This document shows positions 10,271 through 22,342 of a stretch of DNA of 59,343 nt, in pieces. Every line of letters starts with the position of its first letter. Positions within the stretch are counted from its first letter, which is position 1. The notes beneath the pieces were generated by a model that was not told the origin of the DNA, did no database searches, and saw only the letters and a program-made list of their open reading frames with translations. The stretch comes from Sporopachydermia quercuum (Eukaryota): the NCBI GenBank assembly GCA_001599295.1, contig BCGN01000003.1, forward strand, positions 1,984,001 through 2,043,343, written 5' to 3'. The position numbers were made by a program, and so were the translations under genes.

Positions 10271-12508
10271 TCAATGCCTAGAATCACAGACATTCATGTC
10301 GCTCATAGCAAACACCAAATCATCATCATCGTCAACAATTCCTACGCCATAACCTCCAAGCTCGTTCATATGTTCATTACGTTCATTACGGTGACTAACA
10401 TTATCCTCATGTCTGTTGATGTCATCAATCCTGTCACTAATCCTATTATTGATCCTATCAATGTTACCACTACCACTGCCACTATCATCATTACCATTGC
10501 CATTACCAACATCACCACCATCGCCATTATCACCGTCACTATTCTTATCATTATCATCACCAACATTAGCACTACCACTACCACTACCGTTACCATCACC
10601 ATTATCACCACCCTCATTCTTCTTATCTCCACTTACAACTTCTGATAAATGCGATTTGACTAATGGCGCATGTGAACTCCTTCTTACATATATACTATTA
10701 GCCATACTCTCACTCAGAACACCATTCCCACTTTTCATATATACATATTTTGATAGATCCTTATTCTCAGCACCAATAAGCTTAAGGCTAGGCCTAGAAT
10801 CAACCATTTTAACAAAATCACCTATATCGTCATCGTCAAGGTATAATCCTGGTCCTGGTGAAGAGGAGATGGAGCTTGACGTAGAAGGATATCGTTTTCT
10901 TCTTGCGCTGAAGGAAGAGAGTCGTGAGAACACTGAGTTTGGCGATGTAGGAGAAGTAGACGTGTAAGAAGGTATGCGGAGAGCAGCCAAGGACGTCGAC
11001 GATAAATTTCTGGTTGAAGTTCGTGAGGAGGCCAAGGAGTAGTTGAGAGGATCAGTATTAATAGGGCTGGACGCAGTGACGGCGCTCGTAGTAGTAGGAG
11101 TAGCTGTGGGAGTAGTTGTCGGGAAGCTTCCAGTGCTAACAATACTGTTTATAACAGGAACAGAAGGATTTGAGAGGGAAGAAGCTTTGAAAGGTTGGAT
11201 GAAAGCAACAGAAGGTCGTGTGATGCTACGAGGGCTGCTGCTATTCCCTGTTGATCCTGTGACTGCAGGAGTTGCAGTAGCTGCTGTACCTCCTGTGCAA
11301 ATTCCTGGCACTGCTGTTCCAATTTCTGTGCCAACCTCATTAGGAGGTGTGTACGACAGAGAATGTAGCGAGAATCTCCGCAAGGCATCTGAGTCAGAAG
11401 TACCCCACGAGCCATTCGAAGGTCTTCTTTTTATCTGATCCAAGTTATTGAAATGACTGGAGAGCAATGCTTCCGAATCATCTATTTGAAACTGAGTGCT
11501 CAAACGGTACGACAATGAAATCCGAAATTCTCCCGCTGGAGTTTCGATCGACTGGAACTTATACTGTCCGAGATGAGAGGTTGTTCCTCTAATATTTCCT
11601 GCAAGAGAAGGTTCGTTGATCAAGGCTTTTGACAGTCCTATTCTGCCTCTGGACACGATTGGTTGACTGCCATCGAGGATCCTACAGCCGATTTTCAGCG
11701 GGGACACGTTGAGTTTCGCTTTAGACAGGTTTCGCAGCAGCGAATGACTTGGGAGCAGCCGGCAGTACGTGTATAGCGTGCGGAATAACATGATAGCTCT
11801 CTTGTATACAGCAGGCAAATCCTCCTGGAGATAATCACCTGTGTGTTGTAAGCCTGCCATTAATTTCTCTTCGTTAGGAACAAAATCTATCAGCCATCGT
11901 TCAAGCACAACTTCCGTTTTCTTATTATGGTTTGTTCCTGTCGCTACGTGATAACTTTTATTGGTTTCCTGGTTGATCAATGCTAATGTTTGCTTGTTGT
12001 TGATGTCACGGATATCCAAATACGTTTCTAGCACCAAAGGTCTCAGTTCAGCCAGCGTGCCGTCAAAGGTTCTCCATGGTTTGAGGTCATCGCGATATAA
12101 GCCGAAATCCTCTATCTGCAGGTTAAACCATTTATTTGTTTTGCTGTTGCTCAAGTTCGCCTGGTGACCCCCACCTTGCTTGCCAATGGTAGAATGAATG
12201 TTAGAGGCATGTTTGGCAGAGGTAAAGCAGTAATTGGAAGCATTGTTCGTTCGAGAATCAATAATCACTTGACAAGACTTCACGAAGAAGTTTTGCAGGA
12301 TCTGCAGAAGTTTGTCTGGTTTATAGTTGATAGAAGAGGAAGAGTTCCGGTGAGTTGTAAAGACTGTATTAGTGTTTGATATAGGAGGAGAAGGTTTAGA
12401 GGAGCTCATGGTAGAAGAGTTGTGTGAGTAATAGTGTTGGTTTGAAGAGAGTAAGATATTTTCTTGGTTTGCTTTGAATGATGATGATGAGTAATCATTG
12501 TTAGCCAT
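10271..12508 (-). CDS. ATG13: Autophagy protein Atg13
   Basis: HORMA domain (QILQNFFVKSCQVIIDSR, NKWFNL, VVLERWLI, LFRTLYTYCRLLPS), Ser/Thr-rich disordered middle, DDIGDFVKMVDS segment and C-terminal DDDLVFAMSDM Atg1-binding-type motif. Confidence 0.9.
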   Translation of the reverse strand: MANNDYSSSSFKANQENILLSSNQHYYSHNSSTMSSSKPSPPISNTNTVFTTHRNSSSSINYKPDKLLQILQNFFVKSCQVIIDSRTNNASNYCFTSAKHASNIHSTIGKQGGGHQANLSNSKTNKWFNLQIEDFGLYRDDLKPWRTFDGTLAELRPLVLETYLDIRDINNKQTLALINQETNKSYHVATGTNHNKKTEVVLERWLIDFVPNEEKLMAGLQHTGDYLQEDLPAVYKRAIMLFRTLYTYCRLLPSHSLLRNLSKAKLNVSPLKIGCRILDGSQPIVSRGRIGLSKALINEPSLAGNIRGTTSHLGQYKFQSIETPAGEFRISLSYRLSTQFQIDDSEALLSSHFNNLDQIKRRPSNGSWGTSDSDALRRFSLHSLSYTPPNEVGTEIGTAVPGICTGGTAATATPAVTGSTGNSSSPRSITRPSVAFIQPFKASSLSNPSVPVINSIVSTGSFPTTTPTATPTTTSAVTASSPINTDPLNYSLASSRTSTRNLSSTSLAALRIPSYTSTSPTSPNSVFSRLSSFSARRKRYPSTSSSISSSPGPGLYLDDDDIGDFVKMVDSRPSLKLIGAENKDLSKYVYMKSGNGVLSESMANSIYVRRSSHAPLVKSHLSEVVSGDKKNEGGDNGDGNGSGSGSANVGDDNDKNSDGDNGDGGDVGNGNGNDDSGSGSGNIDRINNRISDRIDDINRHEDNVSHRNERNEHMNELGGYGVGIVDDDDDLVFAMSDMNVCDSRH
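10440..10620 (-). repeat. Low-complexity Gly/Asn/Asp/Ser coding repeat within the ATG13 C-terminus
   Basis: Imperfect GGT/AAT/GAT/AGT triplet repeats encoding GGDNGDGNGSGSGS...GDNGDGGDVGNGNGNDDSGSGSGN; the source of several spurious overlapping ORFs. Confidence 0.8.
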
Positions 12509-15500
12509 TTGAGGTTTGAATGAGCTTATATGGTGTTGTGTAGGTGAATTATGTGGATTAGATATAGAAGAGTCAGCTTTGAGTTATTTTTCTGTTGCTA
12601 TTGATAAGCCTTATTAATAGTGTGAGTTCAATGTGAGTTCAATGTCAGTTTACGACTGATCACACGTGTGTAAGCAACCTCTGAATCGTACGCTGTAATT
12701 AGCTACCTGTAAAGACAGCAGTCTGTTGATGTGAACGACCGAGAGGACAGTACCGTTGCTAATTAACATCAGTATTAACACCAGAAACCCAGTTATGGAG
12801 TTCGAGTTTCAATTTGCACTGACGGCTTATAAAATGACTAGAAATCGTTCCCGTGGCACTGGGATGAATGGGACTGTTACGAAATAACAGATCAATCAAC
12901 CAACAGTAACCAGTTTAGCACAGTAGTAGATACTTTATACTAGTATCTATGGCAATAGTAATATAACAGAAAAACAGTTATAATACTGCTTAAACTGATT
13001 ATTTTAATATAATTCTGTTGCTTCAGTCCTACTAAAATCTGTTTGATACCTTCTTTCCTTGTATGCCCAACAGAGAGATACAGGACAGAATGGTATGCAG
13101 AGATAATAAAGAGATAACCAAGATCACGTAGAGCTAACGGCTAATAGCAATCAACCTGTGTTAGTTGATCGGACAAATTCTCTACTTTCTGCCAGTTGAA
13201 TTCAACTGAAAAGATTTCCAACCAATGCAAAGAAGGACAAATTGTTTCTGCCAGTAATTAATTAATAGATCTTCTATTATAACCAGTAATAGCCAGTAAT
13301 AACCTTCAGTATGAGTAGAGTATAATTAGAGATAAGAACGTAAGAACCAAACTGATAGAGGTTATAACCTTAGTGTATACTTATGAAAACAGAGAGAAGG
13401 GTCTTAGTTGATTTTTAAGTATTTATATTGAAGAAAACAAGCAATTTGATAAACAATATAACAGTAAATAGCTGTTATTTATGAAGAAGACGAGTGAATA
13501 TAAGAAGAATAAAGAGATAATAAACCCAGAAGAGTTGTTTAGTATGTGTTTGCGTAAGTGTGACTGATCTGACAAATACGGTTTTGGAGGCGGAAAGGTT
13601 GGAATGAAGGACATGACATGTCAGGAGAACAAACAGGACAAAGAGAAAGGGAAAAGCGACTTTTCCATTACATAATCGAAAATAGAAACATTGGGGACTG
13701 AGATGGATGGTATAGCAATAACAGGAATTGTATTGCATAGTTACTGCAAGCATGCGACTAACTACTCTTTATTAACTTGGTTTTAAAGAGTTTTATTAAC
13801 ACTGATAAGATAGGTGCAGTTTAAAACTGATGCATTTAATGGTGTATTAAGGATTACATAATCTACAAAAAGCTCTAGCCAACTATGAGTCAGCGACTGG
13901 GAGCAAAAAGCAACCATTCGTTCGGAAACCTCTCTTAAATATCAGGTTTTGGCTTAAACTCCTTAAAATACCTCGAAAAGTATTCTAGTTATTACAATCT
14001 CCATCCATGAAACTCCAGCTCCAGTCACCCCATTCCATTAATTACACTAATTACACCCTCATAACCACCATTAAGCCAAATAATAATTATGTGACATTTT
14101 GTATGACATTTCTTATCTTGTGATGATATGGCATCGATAACGCAAGTAAATCGTGACATACCCGATTAAGGTGGTGTTCGCTTGCAAAAGCCTGAGTTAA
14201 GGTTCCCCAACTAATATGCAATTGTCTATGAGATATGCACAAGAGTGCATAAATATACATATAGAGCATACAAGAATGGTAATTAGAGCTGCTATGACGA
14301 AATGATTATTGACAAAGGTGTGTCAATTAATGAAGAAATAACGAAACAGTCAAAAGTAATGAGAGAAATTTAGTGAATTAGAAGCTGCAATTGAGTTTAA
14401 AAGAGTTTCATTGTCTGTGGTTTGGGCGAAAGAATTCGAAAAGTCTACATTGCCGGAGCACCAAGAGAAGTGACAGTAGATGCATACGTTGGGACACAGT
14501 ATGGGGTAAGTTTGTAAAATGGTACTAGAGATAAGTACGAAGTTTGCCGATTAGTTTTGGAGCTAAATCAATATTATAACGCAATTTCTGCACGTATCGA
14601 AGAAAGACAGAGAAAGTCCTGAAGACGAAGAAAGCTCTCGCGCGCTTATAAATAATGGGAACTAAATGATGACATAATCATTAAACATATTTATTTGAAC
14701 CAGTATAAAGGTGAAGAAGGATCTATTTAAGAGGCAGTGAGTAATTGACATACACAGACAGGAAAACAACGATCATTCACACTTAGACTAAACCAGTGTG
14801 ACATATAGCTAAAAATCTAGTTGATTGGAATATTCCCCAAGAAGATTAGGGCAGCTATGAAGGTACTAAGGTCATATTCTTACTGTGTTATATATGAGCC
14901 ATCAAACAGCTGCTGTTAATAGAAAGTACTGGGCCCTACTAAATAGTCTTCATGATTTCTTTTTTTATCTCATTATTTACAAGTCATTGTCATATATTCG
15001 TTCTGTATATGGTATAGCAGAAACATAGAGAGGTCAAAATGATTACTAATCACGTGATCACTCCTAGTCTATGTCTCATAATAATTTGACCAGGCGTTTC
15101 TCCATGCTTCATCTTATCAGGAACACTCAGAAACAGTACTAAAAATACAATTATAATTAGAAATCGCTTCATCTCATAGGCGCCATTGCAGGAATTAGTC
15201 TTTTTTTACTATTTTTTATCATCTTACCTCACAATTCTCCGTATCTTTCCACAGCTTTTCACCATTACTTCTGATTTCCCCTTTTCTCATATCATGCATA
15301 ATCATGCGACAATACAGAACCATACATAATCCCAAATTTAGTCGCTAACATAACATCTCACTCCATCGTTACATCGCACAAATAACAACTACTATGAAAG
15401 AAAATCATCAAAACATCATACGGCTTTCTGTTCGATCTATCGTGAAAATCAACAGTAAAACGTCCATATCATTTTCCAAACTGCATAGATAACACTTTGA

Positions 15501-15610
15501 ATCATCTTGGGTTTATATTTAACTCTTTGGTTTGTATTGTTGAGCTCCCTAAACACCTTTTAGATACCTCAAATTAACTGCCAGCAGCGAAACAGAGATC
15601 ATCCGCTAGA

Positions 15611-18600
15611 ATGGTGTCCAAGGAGGTGAAAAGGCAGTTAGAAGCTGCTCGTGATGCAATCAACAAAAAGCAGTTTGACACAGCAGTTACCATCACGGAT
15701 GATCTCATTGAAGATGGCGAAGGAAGTTTTAACTGTTGGGTTTTACGTGGTAAGGCTCAACTGTCTCTTAGACAATATGATGCATCAATCGAGTCGTTAA
15801 AGAAAGCTACAGAGGTTGAACCTGAAAAAGTGATTGGATGGCAAGGATTATTCTCTTCTATGATTAAAAAGGCTGTTTTAACAGAAGAGCTACTTGGATG
15901 CTGTGAAAAGCTGATTTCTATGCTATCAACAGATTCCTATGCCAATAAAGTAGTTATTATGGAGAGTATACGTAATCTATCAACAGTCGTGGGAAATAGT
16001 CAGAACAACGAGCTGAAAAAGCAATTTTATATACTAATATTACCAGGGTCGAGTATATTTGACTCTATAGAAGCGTTTATGCCTCCGGCGTATGTTTCTT
16101 ACGAACGGTTGATAGAATTGACTGAACGAGAGGAAGCTGCTACTTTGAAGTCTAGAACAAGTGTAGCTTTACTGAAAGCCCCATTGAAAAACAAGAAAGC
16201 CAAACAACTGTTGATTGATCAATTGACGTATGAAACAAGCAAAGGGTCTCCACTACCAGAACTGTACAAAGCATATAATGATTGGTGCAATGATACATAT
16301 AAACGAAGAAGTATGGAAGCTAAGCTATTTGAGTTTAAGTATACGTTGTTCCGAGGTTGTCCGGATACGGAGAAACCAAAGAGACTTTCGGAGTTACTAG
16401 ACTTAGCCGAAAACCTTATAACTGTGCAAAATACCCAATGCTTGAACGCTTGGGCTTTGTACATAGAAACTAGAGATCCGGTGTCCTTATTTGAAAAGTC
16501 CAATGAGCTAGATTTGAACCTTATTGATAAGTTTATTGAACTATATCCGGTTTCGAACCTTGCTTTTGCGCTCTCAGCTTACCTGGACTCCGATATTTGT
16601 CCCTATCCGCGGGAGGAGGTCCTGAAACGGAAAAAAGCCAGAGCTGTTGCCGCCCGGCAAAAATCAACCGAGAGATCAGCTCCGCTTACGAGTTCCAGCG
16701 ATCCGAATCTATCCGAAGCTTCAAGCCAAGCCACTGATTCCGAAGACGATCTGGCTATTGAAATTGACTCCGATGTTGAATCCACAGCTGCCGGTTATAC
16801 CGCAGATGATCTAATAGCAATTATTGTTGAGTCTATCGACCGTCAGCCATATGTGCTGTCATACAGAATTCTCATCAGGCTTTTGTTACAGGAAAAACAC
16901 TACGAAACAGGGTTGAAAGATGCGGAAGCTGGCTTGAGACTCGTGGAATTCAACCAAAATCTTGGTATTAATTTGCCAAATGATAAGCAAGATCTACAGG
17001 TTTGCATGGGTACTTGTTATACTAACTTCCAGCCGCCTAGGCACTTTGATAAAGCTTTTGCTCTATTCAATAAGGTACTGGAACTATCGCCTAATAACAC
17101 GGAAGCCTTAATTGGCAAAGGTTTAGTGCTGGTAGAGAAAAGACAGCTTCCAGAAGCTGAGGAATTACTACTAGCATTAGTAGATGCCAATCCTAGTAGT
17201 ATTCAGTCTAAGCTTGAGTTGGGATGGTGTCAAATACTACTTGGAAAGTACAGCGAGGGACGTACATGTTTGCTGGGTGGTTTAGAAGCTTTAAAGGCTT
17301 CTAATGATGGTTCTGGCCATACATTTGCTGTAATATCTATGACGTTTTACCGTTTGGCATTAAGCTTTTGGCGTGAATATGCAGACTCTGCAGAATATGC
17401 GTTGAACCTGCAGCAAACACACGCAAACCTTATGCAAGCCCTGCAGTTCAACCAGAACAATGCATCAGCATTCACTTTACTGGGAGATTTCCTTCTAGGC
17501 ATTAATAACGACGAAGCAAGAGCTCTCAGATGCTACAATAAAGCTTTTGAACTAGATGGAACACAGCTATCAGCTGCCAAATATCTCCTGGCCCATTTCG
17601 CGGAAAGCAACCAGTGGTCTCTAGTTGATGTGATAGTTCAGAAGCTTGAGAAATCGCTAGGAACTGATACTTCAGCATCGGCTACCCATGCCTGGATTTA
17701 CCGCGTAGCAGGACTTTCCGCATTGAACAAAGACGATCTCGACGGCGCCATCGCCGCCTTCCAAGCAGGAATCAGAGTAGCTCCTACCGACTCTGCTATG
17801 TGGTTTGGTCTAGGAGAAGCATATTTCCAGTACGGAAGATATGATGCCAGTTTGAAGGTTTTTCTGAAAGCTGGCGAGATTTCTCCTAGTAAATTCATTA
17901 CCTTCCGCGTAGCAAACGTCCATTGCTACATGGGAGAATACGAAGAAGCCAAAGATCTATTTGAATCTCTGTTGGAAGAAGAAGACCCTACGCCGGAATT
18001 CCTGTTTGGCTATGCAAACTGTGTAAAGCTTTATGGCCAATGGCTTGTGGAGAATCGAAATATCTCCTCTGGGGTTGCCATGCTGCGGGAGCTTATAGAA
18101 TTGCTTAGTGAGTACGATGAACTAGACAAATACGTGCATGTTTCACTATGGACCATGCTCCAGGACATATGCCGGACGTTTTTCGGTGTGAAAAGCCGAA
18201 TTGGGGAATTCCCGTTCGAGAATATGGCTGGGATATTCTCTAAAGTGGAAGCGGCANTGGATGTTGTTGGCGAAAAGAGANCTGTGGCGTCAACACTACT
18301 TTCCCCTTCGCTGATTAAAGACTATTGGGCTTTGCTAGTCGAAATTGAGGCTCATGATAGCATTTCTATAACTGCGCCACTGAAAAAAGTTTCCTCCGAT
18401 GGGCAGGACGCCGAAAAACTCCAGGAAAAGGCTTTAATTGAATGCTCAATAAGAACATGCAAACTAGCAGTAGTCTCCTCTTTCCAATCCACTCAAAAGG
18501 CCGTTGTTTCCGATGCTTGGTACAATTTGGCTATGGCGTATTTATACGCCTGTGCTCACACTGACACTCACTGCGAATCTGTCCAGTTCAAAAACTACCG

Positions 18601-20059
18601 AACTTTGGCTGAATGGTGTTTGAAAAAAGCTCTGAAACTGGTAAACTCTGTTCCTGAATACTGGAATGGATTAGGTTTGGCTGTTATGCATTCTAATGCA
18701 CGAGTAGCGCAACACTGCTTTATTAAATGCCTGAGTCTAAACTCTATGCAGTTTGACTGCTGGTTAAATCTTGCCCTGCTTTATATTCAAGAGGGAGATA
18801 TTCAGCTTGCAGAAGAAGTTATTGATAAAGCGAAAACACAACAGCCAACTTCTGGGCATTTATGGGTCATTGAAGGCTTTTTATCTCTATCAAAGCAAGG
18901 AATCAGTGATAATGTGAGTAAAAACTTGTTTGCTTTGGCGTACAATCTGTCAGGAGGTAAAAACGCTCTGTCTAGGTTTTTCTTCGGTCATTCAGTGGCT
19001 AAATTCAATATTAATTCTCTGGAGAACGTGAATGCAAGACATGAGTATATTTACGCAGTTGACGCTCTCCTGGGCTTTTTACAGCATGTTCTGCCTAATG
19101 GTGAGCCTGCCTCGCCTTTTATTATTGCTTCCAGATTGATTGTAGCTCAAGCAGAGAAGATAGGAGACTATGAATTGGCCTTTGAGCTGCTGACGGAAGT
19201 TTGTTCGCGTGTTGAAGTTGAGTATGAAGAAAACGAGACAAACGAAGTTCTTTGGTGTTTTGCTTGGGCCAAGAGTACTTTGGCAAGGCTTTATTTAGCT
19301 AATGGAAAGTACCCTGAATCCATAGAGGCAGCAGGGGTTGCTAATGACATATTAGAAGCGTCTATTAACGAAGCCAATAACATAAAAGATCAAGGAAATG
19401 ACAAACCATTTGTTAGAACACTGGAAAAACTGCAATTAGCTATTCAAATCACCATTGGCCTTGCATATTATTTGAATAATGACATGGAATCCGCGTTAGA
19501 GCCGTTTCAGAAGATTTTGGAATCACGTGACACATCACGTGATCTTGTGGCATTCATATCGCGTGCTCTTTGGGCAAACTCCGAATCAGAAGAGCAAAGT
19601 GAAGTCGCTTTAGAGCAATTAATTGAAGACGAGGAAACAAATGGCGTTAGCTATATTGGGACGATTTTACAAACTGCTATCGCGCTAGCTGATGACCATG
19701 AGATGCTGATTGATAATTGTTATGGAGAGCTATCTGATTTGTCATTAAGTAAGTGTTTGGACGCTGAAAACCACAACAAGGATATTGAATATCTTCTATC
19801 TAAAATAAAAGCGTTAAAAGGTGAAGATAAACTTGAACCGTATAGAAAAGGAATCATGAATGATCCTACGTCTATTTTACTATGGAGTGAGGTTGATTCG
19901 TCAATGGCGCTTGAGGTAGCCCTTGTAGCAGGAACCGAAACTGCTGAAAGTATGAGCAGATTGTATATAAAAGGAAGTGATAAGCACGATAGGCGTATTC
20001 ACCAGAGAGCAGTGATGCTTGCACCCTGGCGACTTTCAAGCTGGCAAGCGTTGAAATGA
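15611..20059 (+). CDS. SKI3: Superkiller complex TPR subunit Ski3
   Basis: 1482-aa TPR-rich ORF. N-terminal KRQLEAARDAI...GWQGL, internal W.GLGEAY...GRY, 'ARVAQHCFIKCL' and C-terminal 'QRAVMLAPW....WQAL' are characteristic of Ski3/TTC37. Confidence 0.88.
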   Translation: MVSKEVKRQLEAARDAINKKQFDTAVTITDDLIEDGEGSFNCWVLRGKAQLSLRQYDASIESLKKATEVEPEKVIGWQGLFSSMIKKAVLTEELLGCCEKLISMLSTDSYANKVVIMESIRNLSTVVGNSQNNELKKQFYILILPGSSIFDSIEAFMPPAYVSYERLIELTEREEAATLKSRTSVALLKAPLKNKKAKQLLIDQLTYETSKGSPLPELYKAYNDWCNDTYKRRSMEAKLFEFKYTLFRGCPDTEKPKRLSELLDLAENLITVQNTQCLNAWALYIETRDPVSLFEKSNELDLNLIDKFIELYPVSNLAFALSAYLDSDICPYPREEVLKRKKARAVAARQKSTERSAPLTSSSDPNLSEASSQATDSEDDLAIEIDSDVESTAAGYTADDLIAIIVESIDRQPYVLSYRILIRLLLQEKHYETGLKDAEAGLRLVEFNQNLGINLPNDKQDLQVCMGTCYTNFQPPRHFDKAFALFNKVLELSPNNTEALIGKGLVLVEKRQLPEAEELLLALVDANPSSIQSKLELGWCQILLGKYSEGRTCLLGGLEALKASNDGSGHTFAVISMTFYRLALSFWREYADSAEYALNLQQTHANLMQALQFNQNNASAFTLLGDFLLGINNDEARALRCYNKAFELDGTQLSAAKYLLAHFAESNQWSLVDVIVQKLEKSLGTDTSASATHAWIYRVAGLSALNKDDLDGAIAAFQAGIRVAPTDSAMWFGLGEAYFQYGRYDASLKVFLKAGEISPSKFITFRVANVHCYMGEYEEAKDLFESLLEEEDPTPEFLFGYANCVKLYGQWLVENRNISSGVAMLRELIELLSEYDELDKYVHVSLWTMLQDICRTFFGVKSRIGEFPFENMAGIFSKVEAAXDVVGEKRXVASTLLSPSLIKDYWALLVEIEAHDSISITAPLKKVSSDGQDAEKLQEKALIECSIRTCKLAVVSSFQSTQKAVVSDAWYNLAMAYLYACAHTDTHCESVQFKNYRTLAEWCLKKALKLVNSVPEYWNGLGLAVMHSNARVAQHCFIKCLSLNSMQFDCWLNLALLYIQEGDIQLAEEVIDKAKTQQPTSGHLWVIEGFLSLSKQGISDNVSKNLFALAYNLSGGKNALSRFFFGHSVAKFNINSLENVNARHEYIYAVDALLGFLQHVLPNGEPASPFIIASRLIVAQAEKIGDYELAFELLTEVCSRVEVEYEENETNEVLWCFAWAKSTLARLYLANGKYPESIEAAGVANDILEASINEANNIKDQGNDKPFVRTLEKLQLAIQITIGLAYYLNNDMESALEPFQKILESRDTSRDLVAFISRALWANSESEEQSEVALEQLIEDEETNGVSYIGTILQTAIALADDHEMLIDNCYGELSDLSLSKCLDAENHNKDIEYLLSKIKALKGEDKLEPYRKGIMNDPTSILLWSEVDSSMALEVALVAGTETAESMSRLYIKGSDKHDRRIHQRAVMLAPWRLSSWQALK

Positions 20060-20308
20060 GTGAGCCTGATTTGGATGATTGATGATTATGTAATCAAATT
20101 ATGGATTATATGACACATTTGCCCGAGTATATAATACTCACTCTCAAAATCGGATTACGTAATCTAAAAATTCATGTTAACTATTAGTGTCTGTCTTATC
20201 TTATGATATCATCACTTTCATCTCCGTTAAACTACATAAAATACAGAGTTTAACAGTATATCATATCACCAGCTTCTTAACTTATATTTACATACCCATT
20301 TATCCGTA

Positions 20309-22342
20309 CTAAAACTGGGCAAAAACATCCCACAGTCTGGTCAACCGGGCAACTTGGGTCATCAATCCAACTTCCTTACTACGTAATTTTCTCAAATCTT
20401 CTAACTCCATCGCACTCAGCATTGTTTCTTCGTGCCCTTTAACATCTTCTCGCTCGCATTTTGCCAATAATTGACCCAAATTCTGTCTTTCATCGTCACA
20501 TCTTTCATACAGTTCAGTAATACATGTGAGCAGGCATTGGGCCATCACTTCATACGCAATGTTGCTTCTAAGCCGATAGAAGAAAAGGGATCGCATAGGA
20601 TTCCTGTCGTTTGTTCTTGGTACTTCCTGTATTTCTATAGCATTCCACCGTACGAGCTCTAGAATAACAGATCTCGCATCCGCTCCTCTGATCAAAGCCA
20701 GATTGGCAAGCATTTTCTCATCAATCAGAGACTCCTCGCGCACAATTCGTAGAACTCGAAATGCCAAAGGTGAAATACACGTTTTCATTATCGTTTCGTA
20801 CGTATGTCTCTGTAAATGGGGCACCAGTTTGCTGAATTCTATATGGAAGGTTGTTCCCAGGATAGACGTAGTAGTGAGAAACGGCACTGAGCTTGTAGCT
20901 AGGAGTTTCAAATGATCAGTGACCAAATCAACCGTTATTCCAGGATTTGATGAGCCAATTTGGTTATCACATTCATCCTCAATATCATCAGGATGTGGCG
21001 TGAATTTGGTTCTACCATTGCGATGCTCAGAATCTTCTGGCACAGTGAAGTCTCCAATATCAAATGGTACACTTTTCAGTTTTTTGGAAGGCCTGGGATC
21101 TTGGGAAGCTGCAGCACCCCCGTTTTCTGGACGGCCTCTTTTCCGGCTTGAGGGCAGAGTATACGTTTCAAAAAACTTCATACCATCACGAGCATTCAGA
21201 ACAATTGTATTCCGGAGATCTAAATCAGGGTATAGTTCCTGTAGCTTATCAGCCACAGCAGCAGCTCTGATCATCATACTATCACTTAATTCTGCTTTAG
21301 ACAGATCTTCTCGAAGTTGTTGTACCACAGTTTGATCTGTTTTTTCGTTTCCCAGTCCTGCCAAAGGGTCCCGTGATGCAAATGCTTTAGGTTCGATTAC
21401 TTTTAATGCTGCATAGTACACTTTAGCAGTCACAGGGCCAAACTGATGGCATGCGAAGTCTCGGAGTGCCTGAGACTTTAAATGGGAAATAAACCTGTCG
21501 TAATTGAATTTCAAGGGGATTGAATCGTTTAGAACTACATTGGCTTTGTTATGGTTCAATCCTGGTAGCACAGCCCCTATGCCCAATCCGCCAGAAACGC
21601 TATTGTCGGATTTTCCAATAAGCTTGTTACGTGATTCCTGGGATTCAAACATGCTGGTGATCTCGAATTTCGCATGATGCACAGCTTCGTCGTTTCTTTT
21701 CTTTTCGGAGGTTGCAGAGTCTCTAGGAATCTTTCTCAGCGCTGTTTGCAGCTCTCGTTCGTATAGATCGTCTAAAGGATGGAACTCGTATTTCTCCACT
21801 GGAACAAGGAACTTATCCTCTACCAGCCTATAGAACGTTTCATTGATGATTTTGAGCTTTTCTGCGTCTTCTGCTACGTCCTTAGGCAAGGCGTTAATGT
21901 AGTCGGATATTCGAAGGATATGGTAAAGCAGAATAGTCTTCACTATTTCTGGCGCATATTCCAGGCCGGGATAGGTTTCTGAAATCACCGTGAGAATGTC
22001 TCCTGGATATAGCAAATTGTATATCGCTTTGTCGTTAACAGAATAGTAAGTCACAAGGTCTTTTGAGGTCAGCGATGGAGCTTCAGTCCAATGCAGAACT
22101 ATTTGATGTTGAATAAGAGAAACGAGGGTTTGGGAGATGATTAGTTCAGGGATTTTAGAAAAATGAGCCAATTGAGGAATTGTGAGCCTTCCGTGAGCAA
22201 GAAGTGTACCTACTACAACAGCTGCTAGTTCGCCAAAGGTGTCTTTGAGGAGAATGTATGCTAATGCTGATAAGCTTGATTGGTCCTTCAAGGCCGTTGT
22301 TTGACTGATTGCTGCTGACAAGCCAGGACGAGTTTGTTTCAT
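20309..22342 (-). CDS. RPC82: RNA polymerase III subunit C82 (RPC3)
   Basis: FGELAAVVVGTLLAHGRLT, LVSLIQH, and C-terminal IEIQEVPRTNDRNPMRSLFFY...LLAKCEREDVKGHE. First ATG is 22342 (track begins at GTG 22351). Confidence 0.9.
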   Translation of the reverse strand: MKQTRPGLSAAISQTTALKDQSSLSALAYILLKDTFGELAAVVVGTLLAHGRLTIPQLAHFSKIPELIISQTLVSLIQHQIVLHWTEAPSLTSKDLVTYYSVNDKAIYNLLYPGDILTVISETYPGLEYAPEIVKTILLYHILRISDYINALPKDVAEDAEKLKIINETFYRLVEDKFLVPVEKYEFHPLDDLYERELQTALRKIPRDSATSEKKRNDEAVHHAKFEITSMFESQESRNKLIGKSDNSVSGGLGIGAVLPGLNHNKANVVLNDSIPLKFNYDRFISHLKSQALRDFACHQFGPVTAKVYYAALKVIEPKAFASRDPLAGLGNEKTDQTVVQQLREDLSKAELSDSMMIRAAAVADKLQELYPDLDLRNTIVLNARDGMKFFETYTLPSSRKRGRPENGGAAASQDPRPSKKLKSVPFDIGDFTVPEDSEHRNGRTKFTPHPDDIEDECDNQIGSSNPGITVDLVTDHLKLLATSSVPFLTTTSILGTTFHIEFSKLVPHLQRHTYETIMKTCISPLAFRVLRIVREESLIDEKMLANLALIRGADARSVILELVRWNAIEIQEVPRTNDRNPMRSLFFYRLRSNIAYEVMAQCLLTCITELYERCDDERQNLGQLLAKCEREDVKGHEETMLSAMELEDLRKLRSKEVGLMTQVARLTRLWDVFAQF

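Noticed and set aside
10274..11438. Several 90-180 aa ORFs overlapping ATG13 (Ile/Thr-, Val/Met- and Leu/Pro/Ser-rich)
   Set aside because: Alternative-frame and antisense read-outs of the ATG13 low-complexity repeats; no independent protein features.
14665..14760. ATGATGA C-box-like motif suggesting a C/D snoRNA
   Set aside because: No downstream CTGA D box or terminal stem at a plausible distance.
8288..22342. TFIIIA and RPC82, two Pol III components, within ~11 kb
   Set aside because: Separated by unrelated ATG13 and SKI3; no 5S or tRNA gene seen nearby; most likely coincidence.
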